From Psammoneis japonica (Eukaryota): DNA of 64,000 nt. The notes beneath the pieces are model-generated. The model did no database searches. It was given only the letters and a program-made list of their open reading frames with translations, and was not told where the DNA came from. Both the position numbers and the translations under genes were made by a program. Within the stretch, counting starts at the first letter, position 1. Each line of letters starts with the position of its first letter. Shown piece by piece: positions 38,296 to 48,604 of this stretch. Location: contig QPGO01000039.1 of the NCBI GenBank assembly GCA_008632985.1, positions 1-64,000 on the forward strand, written 5' to 3'.

Positions 38296-38689
38296 GACGC
38301 GTTCCAGCCCCAGGTGGGAGCTCACAGTGCTGACGTGTGACACAATTGTTTTTTTCATCCATCGCATGTTTCGCGTGTGCATTTCTACGTGTGATCTTCC
38401 AAAAAATTGTTCCAGATTCGCCATTTTGTGAAACCCCAAACGTTCCATCCAATGAAATTGTGGGAACATTGATGTGCCCAGTGCATTCTTCAATGTCTGA
38501 AGAATGTGCTGCGCTGAGCAAAAAATGATGCACTTCAATCATGGATGAGTTTGTGCACTCGCAAAATTGCCTCATTTTCTGTTGGCGATCATTGATGTGT
38601 CAATTGCCTGACAATTTTACTGCGGAGCTCACACGCAGAATTCTGCGGGCCCATGTCACACGGATTCCCACCTGCGTCTGGAACGCATC
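38296..38689 (-). mobile_element. MITE, same family as 11258-11653, reverse orientation, TSD AGCC
   Basis: gacgcgttccagccccaggtgggag ... ttcccacctgcgtctggaacgcatc. AGCC at 38292-38295 and 38690-38693. Confidence 0.9.
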
Positions 38690-39129
38690 AGCCAGCACCC
38701 TCACCATGAATGCCTCCTCCCCAATGAACAATTTGGCATGGGCATTAAAGGTGGCCTTGACTGCCTCATGCACGCCACTCACGCTAACATCGAACGCTGC
38801 CTCAACAACACCATGCCAACCCATGCCTTCCTTGCTCTCAACCTCTCCAACTTCAACAAATGCTCACACGACACCTGTCGCGAGCTCCTCAACAACATGC
38901 CCGCCTTCAAACACCTCACCCCCATCTTCGACCTGCACTGCAACACACCAAACACGTGCTGGCACCATGATCCCAACGGCCTCTGGAGCTCCTTTCCCCA
39001 ACCCGAAGGATTCTCCCAGGGATGCCCACTCGCCCCTCCATTTTCTGCCTCAGTCCTCAGTGTTGTCCTCAAACAACTCAACGCTGAACTCTGCCAACGC
39101 CTCCCATCCTCCAATGTCACATCAACTGC

Positions 39130-39519
39130 GATGCGTTCCAGCCCCAGGTGGGACTCCGTGTGACATTGGGCCCGCAGAATTCCACGTGCGAGCTCTGCAG
39201 TGCAAGAATTTAATTGATGGATGTGTTTGTCTTCAACATCAAATGAACGGCCAAGTTTGTGGTGCAATCATGCCTCTTGCCACTCAATGTTTTTGCAAAT
39301 TTGCCTGCCCTGCGCAATTCTTAAGACATTGTAGAATCGCGCTGCAACAAAAAATGTCAAAAGTTGTTGGACGGATCGCTCAATGAGTGCACCGTAAAAT
39401 GACACAAAACATCAAAAAAATCACGTAGAAATCCATGTGCGCAACATACGACGAGATTCAAAAAACCATCGATGTCACAGTTCAGCAGTGCGAGGTCCCA
39501 CCTGGACCTGGAACACGTC
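39130..39519 (+). mobile_element. MITE related to 11258-11653 (shared ends, different core), TSD CTGC
   Basis: gatgcgttccagccccaggtgggac ... gtcccacctggacctggaacacgtc. CTGC at 39126-39129 and 39520-39523. Confidence 0.9.
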
Positions 39520-40989
39520 CTGCCTCCCTCATCAATGACACCAGCATTTGGCTTCCATGCACCGAACTGCCGTGGTTCCCAAACCGCCTCGAGGAATTGG
39601 GACCTCAACACAGCGTCCGCCTCAATCGCTCCAAGACACACATGCTCACCTTGATTGCCAGCACCAGCCCCCTGCCAAACCTGTCCCCAGCAAGTGCCGA
39701 CGCCCTCCACCAAGCCCTGCACTTCCTTGACCCCACTGACGATCCCACCCTGCACCCCAAAATCACCACTGGCCTCCGCTTCCTCGGCCAACCCATTGGC
39801 AGCCCCACCTTCGCCCGCACCTGCCTCGAACAAAAAGCCAACACCTTCCGCACCAACCTCGACAGACTCTCCTCACACCTCCACGACACTCAAACAAAAA
39901 GCTCCCTCTTCCGCACCTGTGCCATCCCGTCACTCCCACACCTCCCAGTGTCTGATGTCTGCTTCAATTTCAACCCAGACAACCCACAACCCCTTTCTTC
40001 CTGGACCTCACCGTTCCAACAGGAGGTCCAACGTCACTGCGATGCCTGCCTGCAACATCTTACAGTGCAACCACTGCCACTGCCATCACACGCCATGCTC
40101 CTCACCCACCTCCCCGCATCCTCCGGCAGCATTGGTTGCCGATCAACATCAGCCTCCACCATCCCCTTTCTCGTCTCCCAACTCGCTCGTTCCTTTCGAT
40201 GCGCAACACGCGGACCGACCACAGGCCAGGACAGCCCCCTCAAGCTCCCACCTTTCTGCGCTTGCTCCCTCCGCACCTGGGCCACCTCCCGCCACCCCTT
40301 GCGCCTCTGTCAAGTCTTTCGACACTGTGGCAAAGCTGACACACACACCCTTGACCCCCCCCACCTTCCCTGAAAGCCTTCGTCAAAACACACCCGCTCC
40401 ACAACCTTTCACACACCCTTTGTCATGCACACTGCAACCGCACGCTCAAAGACCTCCACCTGCATGGACCATCGCACGTCACCCATGTGCTCCCATCCCT
40501 TCTCTCTCCACTCACAAGTCTCACACTCCATTCACTTGCTTGCACACCACCCCAACAATGCCTGAAACCTGAGCAGCTCCGCCTCATGCTCCAACGCAAA
40601 TTGCAGCTCCCCATCTTTGCGGCTCCCCATCTCACCTCACCAACCCGACTCCACCCCTTGCCCCTCTTGCCAGGGCACCATTGATCCATGCGGGTGCACG
40701 TGGAGAGGAGGACATGTCAACTGTCACAGTCAAGCATTTTCATGCTGTGGGATCTGACCCCCTGTCCCATCAGGAAATTGTGTTTCATTGTGAAACAGTC
40801 GCCCATTTTCCAAATGAGAGTGCCCACCCTCTGTCCCCACAAAACCTGCAAATAAAAATTGTTTGTGTTGCAAACATTCTGTTTTGTCACTTGAATTTAA
40901 TTCAAATGACGCTGGCAGAGACAACAACATGTGAGTTTGCAGCAGCAACTGCAGCTCTCTTTGTCAAAGTGCTGCTGCTGGCAGCCACC

Positions 40990-41470
40990 TCATTCATTGC
41001 CAAAAAGTGCAGAACATGTTCTTGTGAGAGTGCAGTGTGGATGAAGCAACACAACCAACAGGAACGGCAATGTGGGCTTGCCAGTGGATCTGGTGCCACT
41101 GGTTCTGGAGCAGGCAAGTTTGTGGCAGGAGAGCTGCTGTTCCATGATCTGAACTGCCGTTGCTCTAATCTGCCTCATTCATTGTAAAAAAGTGCAGAAC
41201 ACATTGTGAGAGCACAGTGCAGAATGCAGATGAACCAACACAGCCCATGGGAATGGCAACACAGACTTGCCAGAGCATCTGATGCCGCTGATTGGAGCAG
41301 ATGAGTTTGCAGCTCAAGTGCCATTGCTCTGATCCATCCACCTTGTTCATTGCCAAGGTGCAAAGCAAATTGTGAGAGTGTGATGTGGACAAACTAACAC
41401 AACCAATGGGAGCCACAACATGGGCTTGCCGGTGCATTTGGCACCGCCAATTCTGGAGCAACATGGATGT
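40990..41470. repeat. Three eroded tandem units of about 175-185 bp
   Basis: Recurring ttgtgagag...caacaca...ttgcc...tggagca at about 41020, 41203 and 41370. Confidence 0.65.
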
Positions 41471-41559
41471 CGGTGTGTGGTGTGCGACGTCAAGCACCCA
41501 GCTCCACCCAAAAAAAAAACACAGAAAGAAAGCGTGTGACTGAGCAAAAAATGTCTCAA

Positions 41560-42350
41560 GTGCCACAGAATGCACTTGCCAGAATGGCTGTGGGAACAAG
41601 CACTGCCAGCATCTGTGCCACTCTGTGCAAGGCACTGCACAAAGGACAAAGTCACATGGCAATGACTTGGTTCACCCCGCCCTCCCATGCTGCGGACGGC
41701 TCATCGACAACACATTTGGAGCATGGAAAAGAAACAGCAGAGAGACTTGGGAAGCTTTTTTAAAAAATGATGAGCTCAAAAACTCAGACATCCTCCACTG
41801 GGTTGCCTCCCCACTTTTACAGTCTTTCTGGATCTGGACAAAAATTGGAGAAGAAAGATGCAATGACAGCGAATGCATCAAAATCCAATGAACCTCTTTT
41901 GTGCATGCCTTGTTTTGTGAGTGTCATTTGTGGTGTGCACCATTTTGTGCGTGTGATTCTGAGAGCTGTGGGAACAAGCACTGCCTGCAGTTTTTCTGGA
42001 TCTGGGCACAAAAATTGGAGAAGACAGATGCATTTTCAGCGAGTGCATCAAAAACCAATGAACCTCTTTTTGTGCATGCCTTGTTTGAAGAGTGTCATTT
42101 GTGGTGACTTTTGCAATGACTTGGATGCAAAAACTCTGACTTGCAATGATTCTGGGTGCAAAACTCTGACATGCGCAATTTGCCAATGCTGCAGAAAAGT
42201 TTGTGACATGCGTGCACTCAACAACATGCCAGAGCATGGCACTCCAGATGATGATTCTTTGACATGGCAGATTTGTGACAGCACACTCATGATCACAAAA
42301 CTCAAGCAATGCCCCAACAAAAACTGTCTTTGCCAACCAGAAGGACAGCA
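41560..42350 (+). mobile_element. Eroded Penelope-like RT relic with an internal ~170-bp duplication
   Basis: MAVGTSTASICATL (GTAMG), RLIDNTFGAW (RFIDDIFGIW), FLDL, KPMNLFLCMP (KPMNLYLYIP). 41820-41936 is duplicated at 41988-42106. Confidence 0.7.
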
Positions 42351-42559
42351 GGTCTCACCACATGGGTTGGGGTCAGTGGCAGGGGTTGTTGATTTGCAGA
42401 TTTTGCAACCACACATGCAATCCACGTGAATCACAATGGCGCACTCTCTCATTTTTGGATTTTGGGAAGAGGACATGCTGTTGTGAAGTGTGCAGAAAAT
42501 TGAGCATGGAAACAAATGCTGAAAATGTGGCAGACCAACAGGCTGTGCAAATCTGGGAA

Positions 42560-45500
42560 ACATGAAGACAAAGTTAAGATGAGGGTGGGTCACGTGTGCA
42601 TGCGAAGCAGACCACACACATGCAAAGACCCACACACACAAGTGGGAAGGACAAAAACAAAACCATGTTCAAACTGATGACTGTCAAAAGGAAACCAAAC
42701 CATGAATTTTGACATCAATTGAGTTGAGCATTGTGTGCATTTTGTTGAAGCTTGTGCAAGAAAAGGCAACAAGACATCAGATGAAATGCACAAAACAGCT
42801 GCATTTTGTTGAGCACTTTTGATGGCATTTTTCAAATTTTGATTGTTGACAATTTCAATGGTGCACATTCCAAAATTTACAAAGGAAAGTGGGAGCCACC
42901 ATGTTGCAGCCTCTGATGCATGTGGGGGTGCACAATGCCAGAAAATCTTGCTCAGTGTTGCCATGGCCACCAAATGAAGACCATGAATTTTTTTGTCAAG
43001 AGAAGCAAGGAAAGTGGGGCAATGTAAAAGCCAAAAACATGGGTGCTCCTCTTGAGCTGGCGACTCTTGAGGTGGGCACAAACACAATCTTCTGACACTG
43101 GTCATGCTGCCTCTTGCCTCATTTTGGCTGTCTTGTTGGGGTGAAGGCTGCAGTGTTGACAAGAAAGCAGCCAGCCTTCTGCACTGCACTGACAAGCATG
43201 CCACTGGCTCAATGTGGCAATGCTTTAAATTGATCACAAGTTTGCAGCAACTGCTGGTGGCACCAATGCTCCAAGTTGGCAAAATGCACAAGGTGCTGAT
43301 GCCCCAAGAAGAGCATTTCTGCAGTGCATTTTTGGTTTTCTCTGCAGCTCAGAAGCTTCTTTTTGTTTCTCATGCAGCAGGTGGAAGAGTGGGAGACATT
43401 TGAAGACTTTCAGGTTGAGCACCATCTTCTCTTGAACATCAAATGGTCCCCCCCCCAGCTCCCAACTTCACAAACAAGCTGAACATTGGACACAACTGCC
43501 CATCACTGTTGCCAAACTTTGTGGCATTTGCAGACAGCTTTGCGCGCACATCATCCTTGCCTCTTCAGTTTTCTCACACTGCAGGCAATCCTCCAAATGC
43601 ACCCAAGTCAAGAGCCATTCTCTCCTTCTTCCTGGGTGCACCTGAGCAGTGCATGCTGTTGCACATGTGCAAGGCAGTGCTTTCTCATGATTCAGGATGT
43701 CAAGTGCTGGGATGCCCCACACTGTCAACAAGGCACAATCTGCCACAGATTGTGCACCTCAGCTCACTGTTCTGAGTGTGCAAGGTGCCCCCATGATCAT
43801 TTCTTTGGACAACTCCTCTGGCTGGGCCTGCACAGCAGTTGCCCCCTTGTTTTGTTTTCTGCTCTTGTTTGACAAAACACTGGTTGACCAGTGGTGCGTG
43901 CTGGCACTCTTTGTGCTTCACATTCTTGCACTCATTGTTTGAGCACACAAGCTTCTTCTGCACTTTCTGTTTTGAATGTGGTGCGCTTCCACTTGGCACA
44001 GTGTGTGCAACAGTTGAGATTGCACATCACATCCAAAGACCGACTGTGTGCAGGACTTGCCCATGCAGCTGCACATGCTGCAGTGCATGTGGCAAAGGCT
44101 GCAGCAGCCAGAGTTCCACTCCATGGACCCCCCTCACCCAAATCCATGTCCCCTGCACTGAAAATGAGCACACCACACCACCAAGTGTCTGATGTGCTCG
44201 CAACTCCACTGTTGCACTTGTTTCTGGATTTTGTTTGCTTCTGGTGGGCTTCTTCTGAATGGACGCCACACAAGCACTCTGTCATCTGGCTGAACTTGAC
44301 CATGACATTTGCTGTTGTGTCTGCTTGTTTGGTGCACAGTTCACAAATGTTGAGACATCCAGTTGCTGAGTCAATCATTGTGCTGTGACCACCCACAATT
44401 GCAGAGCAGAGAGCAGCCATGTCTTTTTTAAGTTGCATCCAATTTTGTTGAGCCCAGTCATGTCTGTGCACAGGATGGTCTCACAAAGATTGTTTCAGCT
44501 GGCTTTTCTCACACCTTTCCATGACACGGTGCCCAGCATTTTGTTGTCTGGCAGACATGCACTCAGCACACATGGAATGCACCACAGACCTTGATCCAAG
44601 CCAACAGAAGGGCTGTGCAATGGGCATTTCAGCACATGTCTCTCACACAGGTGACACACCAGCTGCTCACAGCACCACTCAGTTGGGAGAACCTGCAATG
44701 ACTGAAGCATGATGATTTTGTTCTTTTGCAGCATGCCAGCTGTTGTGAAGACACTCTCCCCCACAAACACATGCAGGCCTTCACACTGAACTCAATGGCC
44801 TCAACTTTAGAGCAAAGCACCAGCAGTGTGCCACTCTGACTGACCAAATGACCCAAACACTCTGCTGGCTGGGTCTGACAAAAATGTGACTTCGCTGCAC
44901 TGACTTCTGGGCCTGCATTCTGCACATGCTGCTGCAAGAGAAGAAGATCTGATTTTTGCAGTGATCTTCACAAGCGCCCTTCACAAGCACCCTTCATCAC
45001 ACAAAAAGGTCATCTGAGTGTGCTCACATGAGTGCCACATCTTCAAATGATTCTGGCATTTTTTCTCCTGAAATGTGCCTGGTGAGCTGTGTCATGGTCC
45101 TGTGTGCAACACCTGCATTTTGTTGTTCCTCCATTTGGAGCATGTGAGGAGCATGCAGAGCTTGCAGCTGTTGCTGTTCAAGCGGATGTGAGATGACATC
45201 CCACACTCAAATCCAGCAATGCAGAGCCAGCACAAAGCCTTCCAACTTTTGCAGCATGTCTTGCACATGAGGCATCCGATGTGGCAATTGCTCATTCCAC
45301 TCATCAAGCTCCCTGAAGTCATTGACGAGTTGGGCGGTTGAGCCTTTCTTTGGTGCCACAAAGGATGGAGCTGCCATCTGACCATCTGCTGGGAACAGCT
45401 GGCGCATTTTAGAACCCCTGTGTGCACAAGAAGGCACTCAATCACTTCTCTGTCTTTGTGCGCCCACAGCACTTTGCACAGATTGCAGTGGCATGGACTG

Positions 45501-46100
45501 GTGCCCACTTTCAGCTGGGGCACAGAGCAGGGCTCTCCTTTTCACTCACATGAGGTGACATCAAATGAGAGTTCACACCTTTTCAACAACTCCATTAGCT
45601 TGACTTTCTTGTTGTCATTTGCCATTTGCCCCCATGCCACCTCTTTGTGCATTGCATGCTTCATCAAGGCATGAGGGTGTGTGCTGCTGCTTGGCATTCA
45701 AGATGCACAAAATTCTGTCACTTTTGGATGACAGAGGCTCCGGATTTTGAAGGAAATGGGGTCTCTCTGTTGCAGCATCTGTGCCCCTCATTGGCACTTC
45801 CTTGCTGCTGGCCTTTGGCCATTCTGCGGCTTTTTCAGACAGCATGACACATCCAGAGCACTCCAGCTGTCCTCGACCAATGTGATGACATCATCTCACA
45901 GCTGCTCAAGTTTGCATTGTGCAAGCAAGCTTGTGTGAGCTCTGCAGCTTTGGAGGACTCAAGCAACTTAAATTCAATGGCATGTGCTGCCACAAAAAAT
46001 GAGCTCATTGCATGCATGGCTTTGCAGACAGAGGTTGCAGCGTCAGTTGTTGAGCAAAGTTTTGCTGGCGCTGTTGTCCAGTGGTGCCTCAATTGCCCTG
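42560..46100 (-). mobile_element. Eroded Ty3/gypsy pol relic
   Basis: AAPSFVAPKKGSTAQLVNDFRELD...MPHVQDMLQKLEGF (RT) and AGPEVSAAKSHFCQ...ECLGH. Weak integrase-like stretch near 42750-42950. Boundaries are approximate. Confidence 0.75.
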
Positions 46101-46719
46101 GTTTTGCCTTTGCCGCGCAGCTGTGCTTGAAAAGTGACTGGCTCTTCACACGCACCTGCAGAAAAGTGCAGCAAAACGAAGCTCACACGTGGAGTTGTCG
46201 CTGTCTCCCGCACGAGAGCTGTGCTGCGGGCGGTGTGCAAGCGGCGCACTCGGCACTCTTGTGTGTGCCCTTTCACAAAAGCTTTTTCTTCAATGGGGGC
46301 ATTTGAAAAGAGCAGGCAGCTCAATCTCATCGTCATTGTTCTTTTGAAAAATCCATCAACTGGAGCTTCAAGAAAGACACGGGGTTTCTCTGGTTGACCC
46401 TGAGTTCAAGCCTCGAGAGCCCCTGGTGCTCCATTGCCAAACTGGCGTCTGCGACACAGGGCCAGCTGAAGGTCCTCCCACCAATGGCTGGACCGCAGAA
46501 AGCTCCCTCTGAAAAATGTCTGCACCACCTGCTGGAGAGAGCACCAGAGAGTGCTGGCAGGGCCCTGCCTCACCAGTGCTTGCTCAGAGCTGTGAGAGGT
46601 GCACATCCCCACTCTCTCCAGCAGAGTGGCCAGCAGCAGAGACACACCCTTGAGCAAAGCCCCGGCCAGGGTGCGTCACTCACGATGTCCGGCCGAGCCG
46701 AAGTTCGCATCAGACAACA

Positions 46720-47470
46720 TGCAATTTCCGTTGAAGAAAACATTGGCTGCTCAAACAACATGTGATGCAGCTTGCGTTGCGGGACTGGTGGCATGCATGC
46801 ACTGTACAAGACTGCCATGCATGCCCGCCCAACACCATACAGAGTGCCGCACGGATAAACTTCTTCGCCACGAAGAATTATTTAACGAACAACATTCATC
46901 CGAAAAGACTTCTGATTGGCGGAAAGAACAAAATATTTAAAAAAGCATTATGTGCACAAACTCTGGCAGTCTTGGAAGACACTTCTTCGCCACATAGAAT
47001 CATTTAAAACAAGATTCATCCGAGAAAAGACTTCTGATTGGTGGAAAGAGCAAAATCTCCGTTGAAGAAAATATTAGTTACACAATTGTGATATAAGTCT
47101 CCTTTCTATCGGGGTGATGTTGAATCTTCCACGTAAGAATCCATTAGAGCACCAAAATTTTGTGCACGGAACAGATGGGGTCACGGAAAGGAGGGTGCGC
47201 GACAAGATTCGACATTACATTTCCAGTTGTGTGAAGAACAAAATTACCGTTGTAGAAAATATTAGCTACACAAAGGTAATACAAATTCTCCGTTCTATCA
47301 TGCATGTTCTTCATTCAAGGAATGTCTGAACAAAGAGTTCTCCGTTGTTGACTGTAGTATCAAAATTCTTTGCACGATTCGTCCTGTTTTATGTTAGATA
47401 TTAATATACAAATATATTTGACAATAGATCTCTCCGTTGTGAAAAATATTAGCCCGTTGTGAAACCATTT
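46720..47470. repeat. AT-rich array of short degenerate repeats
   Basis: ccgttg...aaaatattag at 47059, 47247 and 47434 (about 187-bp spacing), with an eroded copy at 46728. A ~77-bp direct repeat lies at about 46859 and 46981. Confidence 0.7.
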
Positions 47471-47929
47471 TTGCTCATAAAATGTGATACAAATTTGACA
47501 TTATCGCCCACAATGTATTTCGAAATTTTTGAGAGTCCCGGGAGCTTCCACGATAAAGATCAAAATAACATCTTTGACGTCTGGTGTGCCAGTCAAGATT
47601 TCGTCGATGCGCAACACGAGCCAAAAATCCCTCATACGTACTACGTACATTCCGCTCTCACAATTTCACGGCATTTCATCAGCACAAGAAGTTGTGGTTG
47701 ACGAGTTGAACTACCGGTAAACAGGTGAAGGGTGAGTAAGAGCTACTGTTAACATGCTTGTAGTCACGTCAAAATGGCTTTGCCTTCGTATTGGGTGTCG
47801 AGTTGTACACGAAGCAATCGTTTCGCTCTTTCCATCGCTCGCGATGTTTCGTTGCCATGATTACGCCCATTTGTCCTCTTCTACTGTGTCTTGCTTGTAC
47901 ACATGCGCCGAAGACTATCACGTGAATGA

Positions 47930-48415
47930 GTAGATCGAAGGCGTCGAGGCTCCATGTGTCGTTGGAGGCGTCGTTCGTATCAGTGTCTGCACAGTGTTGC
48001 GAAGTTTTTCCCGTGGCGGTCCGTTCTTTTCGCGCTTTTCCGTCGCTCGCGAATCTCTTTAGTTCCTGTGGTTGGTCCCCCACCCCCACCCATTTCTCCA
48101 TGTGCAGGTCGAAGGCGTCCTAGCTAGCTCCCTGTGTCGTTGGAGACGTCGTTCTTGCCTTAATGCGCAGTGTTGCTGAGTGCTTATCGTGCGGTAGCCT
48201 CTTGTTCCGGGATGAAAAGATATGTTGGATCTTCGAATACGTCGACTCTCCAGACTGAATTCGTACACTTCCTGAGGCGTCCTATCTCCTTGTATCGTTG
48301 GAGACGTCGTCCACGCCATTGTACACTGCACAGAGTTGCGAATTGGTTGTACCGGTACCGGCTGTGGTCCGGGATGAAAAGATATCTTCGAATAGGTCGA
48401 CTCACCAGACATACC
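47930..48415. repeat. CpG-rich tandem repeat (~165-175-bp period) upstream of the collagen-like gene
   Basis: aggcgtc...tcgttggag.cgtcgt occurs three times; tccgggatgaaaagatat...gtcgactc.ccagac occurs twice. Confidence 0.75.
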
Positions 48416-48604
48416 GTCACGCACATGAGCTCGCGCCGCGCATCGCTGTCTGTCTGCTATCCGCGCTTAGCCATTTTTGATTCTCGACGATATCGCATGA
48501 TCACCATGACGATGTGTTTGTTCGTCCCTTAATCGCTGAACCTATGTCCCGCTCAGTCACTCACGCTATTTTTGGATGTCTCTCGCCGCGCTTACAGAAT
48601 CATC

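Larger units (their letters stand above)
36921..40690 (+). mobile_element. Eroded CRE/Ambal-like non-LTR retrotransposon (N-terminal Zn finger + RT), interrupted by two MITEs
   Basis: CTHC/CVQC, KL*PVGCGTAV*R, QFGMGIKGG, ALNLSNFN, EGFSQGCPLAP, SLIND (eroded YxDD), LNRSKT, GLRFLGQPIGS, LQRKLQLPI, CPSC. Confidence 0.85.

Noticed and set aside
36914..38538. 413-aa Pro-rich and 515-aa Gly-rich ORFs as genes
   Set aside because: Alternative or antisense frames of the C-rich non-LTR relic.
46720..48415. Spaced repeats suggesting a CRISPR array
   Set aside because: Repeats are degenerate, the intervening DNA is itself repeated, spacing is too long, there are no cas genes, and the context is eukaryotic.
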